Shown one piece after another: positions 39,401 to 50,008 of a stretch of 64,000 nt of DNA. The stretch is from Octopus sinensis. Taxonomy: Eukaryota. Numbering within the stretch: the first letter of the stretch is position 1; every line of letters begins with the position of its first letter. Under the pieces are notes generated by a model. It was not told the DNA's origin, searched no databases, and saw only the letters and a list, made by a program, of their open reading frames with translations. The stretch is taken from NCBI RefSeq assembly GCF_006345805.1, contig NC_042997.1, positions 15,252,001 to 15,316,000 on the forward strand, in the 5' to 3' direction. A program made the position numbers and the translations under genes.

Positions 39401-40115
39401 CCATATACAAATCTATTTTTACTTCTGGGAAGAGGAGGTGATCCATATTAGTCTAGCCTCTATCCTTTGACCTGTCTGGCAAAGGGAAATCCCTACCAAG
39501 CAGTTCCACTCCTGGAAAAGCTCACAGGATCATTCAGACACACAAGCTATTACATCACCACAAAGACTGGACCTTGTGATGTATTATTTGATCTATATCA
39601 TTTAAAACATTTTAAAACTTCTAATTTAGTAAACTGCTGTGAAATATTCTCCAAAGAGGCCTTAGGATGTTTTGTAAATGTCTCATTTATAACTACATAT
39701 TGACCTACCATAAATGGCTAATATGAGTTGAATGAGACATGCTTATCTACATGGCCGAAACAGCTGTAAGATATAGTCTATATTTATATTTATGTACACT
39801 GCTTTACCCTGCATTATTATGTTTAACCTTATAGTTTCTTATGTAGTGGTTTAATAAAGTATGTGATTGAGTATTATCTGGTAATTGATATTTGATTTCG
39901 ATGTATTTCTCCATTTTTTTATTTTGTATAATTTTAAATTAAATATTTATTTTTTTCAGTTAAATCTGATGCTGTCAATACACGAAAGTATTAAACAAGA
40001 TAAATTTCCAGAATTCATCAAAGACTTTTTTAAGAAAATATATCCTGAAGAAAATTACCCTAAATGGGCTGAAGAAAGTCTTTCAAGTGTTAATGTACAT
40101 CTCAGGGAATGTTGA
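21664..40115 (+). CDS. QTRT1: Queuine tRNA-ribosyltransferase catalytic subunit 1 (eukaryotic TGT), spliced; 5' exon not found in window. Exons 21664-21732, 23578-23716, 28128-28206, 31124-31239, 34854-34992, 37153-37228, 38906-39106, 39960-40115
   Basis: Eight AG/GT-bounded exons join in frame. They give the TGT motifs [60 protein letters not shown] and a Zn site CPCSTC...HN. LDDVV and GLSGGE are the eukaryotic queuine-accepting pocket signatures. Confidence 0.96.
21820..22007 (-). mobile_element. Penelope-like short repeat family P2
   Basis: Same sequence family as 23745-24025, 44744-45150 and 47955-48133. Confidence 0.6.
22321..22562 (+). mobile_element. tRNA-derived SINE with CORE-like body
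   Basis: A and B boxes, then TGTTCTTGAGCAAAACACTTCATTTCAC body; related copies at 13183-13470 and 29700-30030 (-). Confidence 0.75.
23038..23259. mobile_element. piggyBac-like MITE
   Basis: CCTTTTCGTTAC...GTAACGAAAGGG-TTAA; another copy begins at 63980 after TTAA. Confidence 0.7.
23437..23534. repeat. 49-bp tandem duplication just upstream of a QTRT1 acceptor
   Basis: TTATAATGTGCATTTATTGTAAATTTAAATAACTTGAATAAAAATGGCA x2. Confidence 0.9.
23578..23716 (+). CDS. QTRT1: QTRT1 exon ([11 protein letters not shown]...IQNALG)
   Basis: tttag|GAC...CTTG|gtaaaa; 139 nt; catalytic DSGG motif. Confidence 0.95.
23745..24025. mobile_element. Family P2 element with an internal inverted duplication (fold-back)
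   Basis: ~23805-23893 is complementary to ~23930-24020. Confidence 0.75.
25107..25508 (-). mobile_element. tRNA-derived SINE family A
   Basis: Family A head and tail with an internal (TA)n. Confidence 0.85.
26250..26646 (+). mobile_element. tRNA-derived SINE family A
   Basis: Family A head and tail. Confidence 0.85.
26686..26986 (-). mobile_element. Penelope-like fragment with the 3' half of a hammerhead; second copy at ~39700-39900 (+)
   Basis: Minus strand GAAACAGCTGTAAGAT; flanked by the 16-bp direct repeat ATAAGAAAATGGAGAA (26670-26685 and 26987-27002). Confidence 0.55.
26982..27222. repeat. Long inverted repeat (~100-bp arms)
   Basis: 26982-27081 is the reverse complement of 27124-27222. 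Confidence 0.88.
27398..27457. repeat. (TA)n microsatellite
   Basis: About 30 TA units followed by the (CAT)n tail of an RTE fragment. Confidence 0.95.
28128..28206 (+). CDS. QTRT1: QTRT1 exon ([26 protein letters not shown])
   Basis: tgtag|GG...AG|gtataa; 79 nt, phase 1/2. Confidence 0.95.
28597..28995 (+). mobile_element. 5'-truncated CR1/L2-group LINE (ORF2 C-terminus plus 3' UTR)
   Basis: [19 protein letters not shown]...LRGH..KL....FSVRV...WNKLP is the CR1-type C-terminal signature; (TAAC)n tail. Confidence 0.85.
29173..29558 (+). mobile_element. tRNA-derived SINE family A
   Basis: Full-length family A copy. Confidence 0.88.
30706..31090 (+). mobile_element. tRNA-derived SINE family A
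   Basis: Ends about 35 nt before QTRT1 exon 31124. Confidence 0.85.
31124..31239 (+). CDS. QTRT1: QTRT1 exon ([12 protein letters not shown]...[15 protein letters not shown])
   Basis: tgcag|A...G|gtagag; 116 nt; overlaps ORF 31101-31346. Confidence 0.95.
31533..31921 (-). mobile_element. tRNA-derived SINE family A
   Basis: Inverted relative to 30706-31090. Confidence 0.85.
34390..34799 (+). mobile_element. Composite element: inverted Penelope-like terminal repeats with hammerhead motifs around a tRNA-like head
   Basis: 15-bp TSD CAAAACCAATGGATA (34375-34389 and 34800-34814); arms 34391-34513 and 34657-34772; CTGATGA at 34683; A box TGGCATAGTGG at 34511. Confidence 0.7.
34854..34992 (+). 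CDS. QTRT1: QTRT1 exon ([18 protein letters not shown]...KPRYLMGVG)
   Basis: tttag|AA...GG|gtaagt; 139 nt. Confidence 0.95.
35269..36836 (+). mobile_element. Decayed Tc1-like DNA transposon (DD36E) with a nested RTE fragment at ~35330-35665
   Basis: TA|CAGGGGTTGGACAAAA left end; right TIR replaced by an RTE fragment after AAGGTG. Confidence 0.85.
35798..36809 (+). pseudogene. Tc1-like transposase pseudogene
   Basis: [15 protein letters not shown]...T*TAEMFDV*RSTV; KPLLSK...WKDVIFS; FQDDNAPIH...[13 protein letters not shown]...AKGGCTPY; stops and frameshifts. Confidence 0.9.
37153..37228 (+). CDS. QTRT1: QTRT1 exon ([25 protein letters not shown])
   Basis: tttag|G...GCA|gtaagt; 76 nt; nucleophile Asp motif DMFDCV. 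Confidence 0.95.
37652..38284 (+). mobile_element. RTE LINE 3' fragment with tandem GTGC-NGGTG-GCAC modules and (GAT)n tail
   Basis: Same 3' end as 59480-60135. About 20 copies in the window, e.g. 1757-2160 (-), 12050-12268, 14668-14915, 24686-24985, 33662-33950 (-), 41084-41340 (-), 42318-42592, 45450-45850, 55383-55665, 57672-57924, 61728-62113. Confidence 0.8.
38906..39106 (+). CDS. QTRT1: QTRT1 exon, zinc-binding subdomain ([10 protein letters not shown]...CPCSTC...IHNIAYQ)
   Basis: tttag|CGT...CAG|gtatgt; 201 nt. Confidence 0.95.
39960..40115 (+). CDS. QTRT1: QTRT1 last coding exon ([19 protein letters not shown]...VHLREC*)
   Basis: ttttcag|TTA...TGA; matches the TGT C-terminus (FPxF...PxWAxxxLxSV). 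Confidence 0.93.
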   Translation, partial: LNLMLSIHESIKQDKFPEFIKDFFKKIYPEENYPKWAEESLSSVNVHLREC

Positions 40116-40185
40116 CATGATTAAGAATATTATCATAATCGTTTATAGACTTTAATTGCATGAATTATTTTTCATCTTCAATATT

Positions 40186-40212
40186 ATTAAAGGTTTACAT
40201 TTGTACATTAAA
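40186..40212 (+). promoter_or_regulatory. Candidate QTRT1 polyadenylation signals (ATTAAA x2)
   Basis: ATTAAA at 40186 and 40207, about 70-95 nt after the stop; the AT-rich context makes this weak. Confidence 0.3.
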
Positions 40213-40230
40213 TCAAATACATATTTATAC

Positions 40231-40464
40231 CTATTTCTTTATTACCCACAAGGGGCTAAACATAGAGGGGACAAACAAGGACAGACATAGGTATTAAGTC
40301 GATTACATTGACCTCAGTGCGTAACTGGTGCTTAATTTATCGACCCCGAAAGGATGAAAGGCAAAGTCGACCTCGGCGGAATTTGAACTCAGAACGTAAT
40401 GGCAGATGAAATACCGCAAAGCATTTCGCCCGGCGTGCTAACGCTTCTCCCAGCTCGCTGCCTT
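40231..40464 (-). mobile_element. SINE family B, full length with TSD
   Basis: Flanked by the direct repeat ATACATATTTATACCT. Confidence 0.85.
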
Positions 40465-41984
40465 AGATACATATTTATACCTTCTTCTAATCAATTCTAG
40501 AGAGAATATTTTTATTTAAAATATATATAATTTTGAAAATGTCTTGAATTCACTATGAAATATTTGCTAAATTTGTTTTAACCACCTTTGTTCACCACGC
40601 ATGGCATTTTCCTCTAGCTCCATCTCTATCTCATCTGTCACTCTTCTTTCACATTCTTGCAAACTTATCTCTCCACTCACCCTGTCCAATTCTCAGTACT
40701 ATTTCACTTATATACACTCCACCCTGTAACTTGATAGTAAGCCTCAACACTTCTTTACCGCCATCTCTTTCACACTCTCTCCTTTTTGCAACTAGGATTG
40801 CCATGTATCTCCTCTATAGCAAAAACAGCAGTATCTGTATCTCCACCACACTTCAGTCACCTCCCTTAATACTACTCCCCACCTCAGCTGAGTTACTTGG
40901 TGATCTCACTGGAGCCAGGTAAAGAGCACCCAGTATATTCTGTAAAGTGATTGGTGTGGAAAACATGTCAAAGCAAAAAGTAGAGCTTGGCACATTCCAC
41001 TGGTTTGCCAGCTTAGAAAATGGTGATGAATTCAAAATGCATTGCATAAATGAAAAGAAACTACTTATAGCAAGTGGATATGCATCATCATTATACGTGT
41101 TTTCCATGCAAGTATGGGTTGGACGGTTCGACTGGGGTCTGGGAAGCCAGGAGGCTGCACCAGGTTCCAGTCTGATCTGGCAGTGTTTCTACAGCTGGAT
41201 GCCCTTCCTAGTGCCAACCACTCCGTGAGTGTAGTGGGTGCTTTTTACATGCCACCAGCACAGGGGCCAGAGGAGGCTGGCAATGGCCACGATCGGTTGG
41301 TGCTTTTTATGTGCCACCAGCATGGATGCCAGTCAAGGCACATAAAGTTCACACAAAATTGTTGCCATTTAGTCCTTGGAAATCTCTGACTGGGTTGAAC
41401 TATCATCAAAAACATTCCAGCCATGCCTATAAGATGAAAAGTTGAGATTTGGCTATTTCTGGCAAGCTGAACAACCATAGAGAGGCTAGATCTAAGTCTC
41501 AGTTCATTTAATGCCCACTTTCCCATGTTTGCAAGGGTCAGATGGAATTTAAGGCAGATTTCTAAGGCCAGATGTTTTTCCTGTTGCCAACCTTCCCCAT
41601 AAAAGATTGGAAATGATCAACATCACTTTTATGATGGTGATGCTCATTTGTAACCATCATATGGCACCAGTGATGTTGCAACTCATTTCTACAGATGAGT
41701 GAACTGGAGCAATGTGAAATAAAATGTCTTGCTCAAAAACACAACACACAGCCCAGTCCGAGAATCGAACTCACTACCTCATGATTGTGAGCCTGATGCT
41801 CTAACTGAGCCATGCACCTTTACACATGCCTACATATGTATATACAAACACACACATACACAAGACAAATTTATTTCAGTTTCTTTCTACCAAATTCACT
41901 CATAAAGCTTTAGTCACCCATGACTTTCCAGTCCTTTTTACAATCATGTATTTAGAACTACATTATCCAATCTGCCATCCTTAA

Positions 41985-42166
41985 CCCCTTACCCGGCAGA
42001 AACAAATATATGCATTTTGACCGAAATCGTTTTTTTCTATCTCTGGCGAGTTAACTCGTCAAAAGATAGACTCGCCAAAATCGACAGCAAACGAATTCCT
42101 TCGTCTGTTATAAAAAATATGTCTGAAAAAATACATTTATTTTCAAAATAATTGTTGGGTAAGGGG
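41985..42166. mobile_element. piggyBac-like MITE
   Basis: TTAA-CCCCTTACCC...GGGTAAGGGG-TTAA. Confidence 0.8.
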
Positions 42167-43532
42167 TTAATTGACTTGAAGTCTTTTGTTATTGAGCTAG
42201 ATGATTAGTAACCATTAATATACATTGTTATTTAGATGGTTTCTTAAAGTAGATATACATTAATGTTCTAAAGAGAAAAGTGGTATTGCTAATATGGGTG
42301 CTTTTAAATAAAAGCTAGTGCCACTGGACTGGCTCCTGTGCAGGTGGCACGTAAAAAAACACCATTTGAGTGTGGCTGTTGCCAGTACCGCCCGATTGGC
42401 CCTCGTGCCAGTGGCACGTAAAAGCACCCACTACACTCTCGGAGTGGTTGGCGTTAGGAAGGGCATCCAGCTGTGGAAACTCTGCCAGATCAAGATTGGA
42501 GCCTGGTGCAGCCATCTGGTTCGCCAGTCCTCAGTCAAACCATCCAACCCATGCTAGCATGGAAAGCAGATGTTAAACGATCATGATGATGATAACGGTT
42601 ATTGGGATTATTATTATTACATCTTTAAAATTTCATCAGTTTTAACATCCACTTTTCCAGTTTATACAGTTTTGAAAATATTGTAATTTTTTTTTAAAAT
42701 ACAAAACACCCACAACTCCTCTTTCTACAACTGCATCCCCCTCTATCCATCTGCCAGTTTCTAGCATGGATTAGATGGACTTGAGGCAAATTTTTTACAA
42801 CCAGATGCCATTTTTGTTACCAACACTCACCTGTTTCCAAGGAAGGTAATTTTTTTTTTTTGCGCTCTTTTCAAGCCTAACCAGGATCATGAGCCCAGTT
42901 TCCCGGTTTCTGTAGCATATGTGTTCCCCCCAGGTGGACGGGACGCCAGTCCATCACAGCATTACTCAAGAAACAGGAAGAAAGAATGAGAGAAAGTTGG
43001 GGCAAAAGAGTACAACAGGGGTCGCTACCACCCCCTACCGGAGCCTTGTGGAGCTTTAGGTGTTTTCGCTAAATAAACACACACAACGCCTGGTCTGGGA
43101 ATTGAAACCGTGATCCTCCAACCGCAAGTCCGCTGCCCTAACCACTGGGCCATTGTGCCAAGGCAGGTAATACTTCCCCACAACCAGACATATTTTCCAA
43201 GAAGGTTATAACCAAAGGACACTGAATGTATGATGATTCTCATTTCCATCTATTGTGACAAACACATACAGTTACACATACATACATATATATGACAGGC
43301 TTCTTTCAGTTTCCAAGTTAGTAGGGTATATTTTGAGTGAGTTTTGTTGCTATTTCTAACAAGTTGAGTGACTGCAAAGAGGCTTCCTCATTGGTTAAGT
43401 AAGATTACTTTGGCTCGAGCATTGTCAGCAAAAGCAAGATTCTCTGGCTTGTAGTCACTCCCACTGAGCTGTGATTATCTTCATTTAAGTAAATTAATAA
43501 TTAGAATACAATAAAAAGACAATTCCACATTT

Positions 43533-43703
43533 TTATTCTTTAGAATATTTCTCTCTCCATTCTTTTTCCTTTTGCTCCATCATTTCCTCTTTGCGTGTTT
43601 TCCTTTTACCTTCTTCTTTGATGGCTCTCGTCCTTCTAATCACTTTGTCAGTTTTCTTGCTATGTTTCGCGTTTTGCTTTAATTTAACAAGTTTTCCTGG
43701 AGC
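43533..43703 (-). CDS. WDR46: WDR46 probable last coding exon, Lys/Glu-rich ([10 protein letters not shown]...EKYSKE*)
   Basis: Polypyrimidine tract then tttctag|GCT; phase 0 fits the preceding exon; 56 charged residues then TAA. Confidence 0.75.
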   Translation of the reverse strand, partial: APGKLVKLKQNAKHSKKTDKVIRRTRAIKEEGKRKTRKEEMMEQKEKEWREKYSKE

Positions 43704-46700
43704 CTAGAAATAGAGAGAAAAAATGCATATAATAGTAATAATAATTTCTACACAGGCACAAAGTAGTGCCATCTGCAGCACCCACCCCCACCAACAACAG
43801 TAATAATATATAACGAACTTATTGTATACAGTGCTCAGGTGCACTTCAACACATTAGGAAAAGTAGCTGATGGAAGCACTCCGTCGGTTCCGACAATGAG
43901 GGTTCCGGTTGAACCGAATCAACGGAACAGCCTGCTCGTGAAATTACCGTGTAAGTGGCTGAGCACTCCACAGACACGTGTACCCTTAACGTAGTTCTCG
44001 GGGATATTCAGCATGACACAGAGAGTGACAAGGCCGGCCCTTTGAAATACAGGTACAACAGAAACAGGAAGTAAGAGTGAGAGAGAGTTGTGGTGAAAGA
44101 GTACAGCAGGGATCACCACCATCCCCTGCCGGAGCCTCGTGGAGCTTTTAGGTGTTTTCGCTCAATAAACACTCACAACGCTCGGTCTGGGAATCGAAAC
44201 CGCAATCCTACGACCGCGAGTCCGCTACTCTAACCACTGGGCCATTGCGCCTCCACAGGAAAAGTAGCCAAGTATGTAATGAACAGTACATAGAATAATG
44301 CACAGAAAGTGAACAAAAAGATCTCAATGTGGAAATGGGTGCAGTGCAGAATACTGCCTAGTTGGTTCAGCAAGAATTATTCAGAAAGTCCTCAGTGCAA
44401 AGTAAGAACTCTAACAGCAGGAAGAATACTTCTCAATGCTAAACCATAAGTTGTGGTCTTGTAGGGAGCATAATTAAACTGGTTACAACATCAATACCAC
44501 ATAACAACAATTTAATCATCATGCATGGGTGGGAGCAGGTATGGCTTTGTGGTTAAGAAACTTGAATCCCAATTGTGTGGTTTCAGGTTCAGTACCACTG
44601 CATCACAGCTGGGCAAGTGTCTTCTATTACATAGTCCTGGGCTGACTAAAGCCTTGAGTGGATTTGATAGACAGAAACAGAAAGAAATCTGTTGTGTGTG
44701 AGTAGTGTGTGTATGTATATATATATATATAAATATATATATATGTGTCTGGGGAGAGTCATTTTCTTTTTGTGCCTTATTATGTAACACACTCACCAGT
44801 AAAATTTCTGCATTTTTCTTATTTTTATTGTCCTAAAATTTTCGTTGTGTCTTGCAACCTTTTCGATAGTTTTGGTTGCACACTCACTGGTAAAATTTCC
44901 ACGTTTTTCTTATTTTTATTGCCCTAAAATTTTCGTTGCATCTTGCAACCAAAGCTATCGAAAAGGTTGCAAGATGCAATGAAAATTTTAGGACAATAAA
45001 AATAAGAAAAACGTGGAAATTTTACCGGTGAATGTGTTACATAATAAGGCACAAAAAGAAAATGACTCTCCCCAGACACAATAGAATATGCTTCAACACA
45101 TGAACTCATATAGAGAATCTTGCAAACCAAATCCCAAAACGAAATAAATAAATATATATATATATATTGAGAGAGAGAGATTATAATTGTAAAAAATACA
45201 ATTATAATTAAGGGCATAGAAAAGACTGCCTATGCTGAAAATAGACACCAGTACTGTAAAAGGGATAATTCTTAAGTGGTTTGATGATTTAGCATCTATT
45301 TTCAGCATAGGCATAGTCTCTTCTATGCTCTTAATTATAATTATCTTTTATACTATTATAAATCTCATGAATTCACCTTAATAGGTCTATATTATATGCT
45401 GGCCACTGATAAAATCTTTAAGTTTTATCCTTTATTATTATTATATATATGGCACTCGAGCCCCGTGCTAGTAGGGTGTTAAGAGCACCATCCGAGCGTG
45501 ATCGTTGCCAGAGTGGCTATCTGGCCTCCGTGCTGGTGGCATGTAAAAGACACCATCCGAGCGTGATTGTTTGATCATTACCAGCAACGCCTTAGTGGCA
45601 CCTGTGCCAGTGGCATGTGTAAAAGATTCAAGCAAGGTCGTTGCCAGTACAGCTTGACTGGCCCCGTGCCAGTGGCACATAAAAACACCCACTACACTCT
45701 CGGAGTAGTTGGCGTTAGGAAGGGCATCCAGCTGTAGAAACTCTGCCAGATCAAGATTGGAGCCTGATGCAGCCATCTGGTTCGCCAGCCCTCAGTCAAA
45801 TCGTCCAACCCATGCTAGCATGGAAAGCGGACGTTAAACGATGATGATGAAAGGTGGGGCTGTGTGGTTACGAAGTTTGCTTCCTAACCATGTCTCCTTG
45901 TTTTGATGTCATGTGGACAGCCTATGATCTGAAAACAGAAACAAAAAAAAAGGCACGATGCCACAGAAGACTTTGCCCAACGTTCCACACTATGAGATCA
46001 AACTTGAAACCACGTGGTTGAGAAATGAGCTTTTTAAACAGCCATGCCTACGTGATTAGGTGCAGACATCATGATGTTAGCTTATGGTAATTTGTGTTGA
46101 AATCTAATACAAGAACAGCAGGTTTAGCACAACAACTGCACACCTCGTGATAATAATTGCCATATGATACTTACACTAAGTATTAAGTGTTTTGGCCAGG
46201 AAATACATATTTGATTAATTCAGGTGACGTCCTTAACAACCACTTGAGTTTGAAATTATGTGATACATGAATATAGTTTCAATCGGAATGACGGAAGTAA
46301 ACAAAGGAATATATTTTTATTAAAAATACGCTTTAATAGATATGTGATTAATAATTTGGACAGTGTTCCAATACCTAATAAATTCTTCAAGTTTCAGAAA
46401 AATTCTTTTTTTCATATCACATTGATTTCTAACGTAAGCACAAAGGTACACATTTCACCGGTGGCCAGAAGAGCGAAAAATAACGAGATCGCCGGGAGGA
46501 TTAGAAATGTGAACATTAAAGGGACGTAACTGCAAACTACAAGGCATTTTGTGTAACACTCGATCTCGTCACTAACCACTCCTATATCTCCATATACCTA
46601 AAGCAAAACATAGTAGCCGCAACTTGAGTGACGATTTTTAAAAAATAAGAAAAACACACACTAACATATGGGCAGATACATAGTGTTTGTGTGTAAGACA

Positions 46701-49700
46701 TCTCATTTACAAGTATATCATGACTAGATGGGTCAGAGACCAACTCACAACCAGTGTGTTGTGTCTATGATGACACAATAGTGACTAGAGGAAGATAGAC
46801 CAGTCATGCCATTTCATTAAATAACATTATATACATATATATATATTGTTCCTTCTCGAGCCACGCCTGGTTCATAAGGGCCGGTTTCCTTGGCATATAG
46901 GTTCCCCACCTGGACAGGATGCCGGTCCTACAAAGGTGAGCTGCATGATGCAGGAGGAAAAGAGTGAGAGAAAGTTGTGGCAAAAGAGTCATCAGAAGTT
47001 CGCCATTACCTTCTACCAGAGCCACGTGGAGCTTAGGTGTTTCGCTCATAAACACACACATCACCCAGTCTGAGATTCGAACCCGCGATCCCTTGACTGC
47101 AAGTCCGCTATTCTAACCACTAGGCCATGTGCCTCCACAAATTACACTATAGTAAATGTAATTTATTTTCCACATCATCCTTGTTGGTTATGCATCCATA
47201 CTTAAAAAAGCAATTATCTACCATATTTGATGGCATAAAAGACATGCAGGCATATTAGGTGCACTCCAATTTCAGCAGCACATCACCATCAACGACAAAA
47301 TTTGCTTATGGGCAGCCAAACTTCACACAAAGGACTCCGGGTGATTTTCTGAGACATTTTGTTGAGAAAAAAAAAATGCAATCAAATATGATACCTTCAC
47401 TTAAAATCAACTCTGATTATCTTCTTTTATTTTTCAAAGATAGAATGATTGATTTGAAAATATAAGCATAATTTCTAAATGCTTGAAATCTTCTATGGTA
47501 GCTGTACCATTTGCAACCTGTATTGTATAAGACCGAGTTGGCAGAGATATATTTCAAAACAACAAAACTGTGAGTGAAAACTATTAAACCCTAAACCTAA
47601 ATAAAAATAAAATTCATAAAATTCAATAAAAAAATGGTAATACATGAATAGCACACATACTCTAAGGGCTTGTTTATTCTTTTCTTCCATGATGCCAGAA
47701 ATGCTTCCATAATTTGGTTTAAGTATCCTTCGATTATCCAGACTTATCATATCAGGTTGAATCTATGGAAAACGAGACAAAAATATTTCAAAATTATTTG
47801 TGGATAATTCAATAATACACGAAAGGCTACTTCAAAGATGGTTAATTTAAGAATATAGTGTCAAGAGTATAAAATTAAATTAATTAAAATTACTTGTAGT
47901 TTAAAAATAACAGGATTATTTGTATAGTAATGTCAAGATAAATATAAGAAAATATTTGGTTTGCAATATTCTTTATATGAATTCGTGTGTTGAAGAGAGT
48001 CAAAACTATTGAAAAGGTTGCAACACGCAACGAAAATTTTAGGAAAATAAAAATAAGAAAAAAAGTGGAAATTTTACCGGTGAGTGTGTTAAATAATAAG
48101 GCACTAAAAGAAAATGACTCTTCCCAGACACAACAGTATAAGAAAATAATTATTGAAAAATCAGATATTCTGGGAAATATTTACCTTATCAAGTAACATT
48201 TTCACTTCTGTTTCTCGACGTTGTTCTTTGGATTGATATGGATTTGCTTCAAGAGCATCAAAACATGGCTCACCAGAACCTAAAAGAAAGAAATGCACAG
48301 AATAGTGAGACATCATTATCATTTTAACATTTAGTTTTCCATGCTTGTATTGATCAGATGACAGTATGTTTTTTTAACACTCTACGTCTTTAAAGGGATC
48401 CTCCCTGGATAAAATACTGCAGCCTAAAAGTGATGATGTTTACGTTACAGAGCTGCTCCTAGCAAAAAATATGTTAAATTGTGTGCTAAATCAATTGATA
48501 ATAGATGAATTTACTCACCAGGAATAAGCAGACTCTGAAATCCTTTTTCATAGCCAACACCAAGTACATCTTCATAAGGACAGAATTTTGTACTGTGCAC
48601 TCTTCCAGACAGTTTATGAAATAAGTATGGAGTGTTTACTGTTCGAGAACAGCAGTTATCAAATATCTAAAAAAAACAATTTGAAGACATTAAACATATT
48701 GCATACCTTTACAAAACAATATCATCGTCATCATTTAGCGTCCACTTTCCATGCTAGCATGGGTTGGACAGTTCAACTGGGGTCTGTGAAGCCAGAAGGC
48801 TGCATCAGGCCCAGTCTGATTTAGCAGTGTTTCTACGGCTGGATGCCCTTCCTAACGCCAACCACTCCGCGAGTGTAGTGGGTGCTTTTTACATGCCACC
48901 CGCACAGGTGCCAGACGGTGCTGGCAAACAGCCAAAAAAAATTTCAAAATTTTAAAAAATGCAGTTATCCATATTTGTTCAAGCTCTTCATATTCTGCAG
49001 GTTCTAAGTTCAAATCTTGTCATGACTCACATGAGTGGTAGACTTAATACATTGCTGAGTTTAATACTAGACATAATGACCTGGCACTTTGGGTGCCTTT
49101 AGAAAAAAAAACCAGTCTGTTGCAAGCATTGAAACCAAGTCTCTGGTTTGCAGATACCTTCCTCCTTCCCATTAGTCTTGGAGGCCCTGAACAAAGGTCA
49201 TGAGCACTGCCCACCCCCACCTCCTGATTTAAAAATAAAAACCACAACTAACCTGTACGACATTGCCAATGCCAGCTGCAAGCATATCGCGTTGACTGAA
49301 AGACAAACAATTGGCACCACTATCTATTCGGTAAGACTGTAGCATTTGGTAGGTACGAAGATCCCATATTTTCATATGACTGTCATCTCCAGATGTAGCT
49401 AGGTATCTATAAAAAATTAAAAAATGATTATTTTGTAAATATACATTTTTTAAAAAAATATTTTAAAGAAGTAGATGATAAGAAAATTTTTCGAAGATAT
49501 ATAAATTAATTTATCAGTGAAAGGTAAGAATTATTGTGGGTGAATAGTGATGTGAAAGAATATCATAGCAATAATTTATTCATCCGCCACAATGTCCTGT
49601 CCTTGTTGTGATGGGGTGGCTTGACTGCCTCAATGACCCTGGAAACTATGCCAGCAGAGCGTAAGCTTCAGACAGGAATTCCTAAGCTGGTCAGATCAAA

Positions 49701-49976
49701 GGACAGAAGCCATACGAATAAGGACCACTTTTCCTATAAGAGTTAAAAATGGGTTTGCTTAAGACCAACAACCCTAACTGAAATTAAGTAAAGTTACAGA
49801 AGAACTGAAGACAATTCTAAACCATCAAGATCTGGGAGAAAGACAGCCTAGAGTTGAAAACAATAAAGAAATGTGGTTGATGGCCTCTAATTCATAGGAA
49901 GTAAAGGGCTTAGGTGAAGTGAAAGCTGTTAGTGAATAATACTTTAATCATTTACAGAAAGTGTGTTACAAAACTG

Positions 49977-50008
<32 letters not shown>

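Noticed and set aside
40115-43533. Functional linkage of convergent QTRT1 and WDR46 (both RNA-maturation genes)
   Set aside because: They are separated by 3.4 kb of ordinary TE-filled spacer; the sequence shows no overlap or co-regulation signal.
44185-44256. tRNA-Arg-like sequence
   Set aside because: It is a SINE head: it continues into a SINE body, lacks a proper acceptor stem and is multi-copy.
47493-47660. Read-through ORF 47493-47750 as the WDR46 C-terminus
   Set aside because: There is a good GTATGT donor at 47660, the sequence after it looks intronic, and a phase-compatible charged exon exists at 43703.
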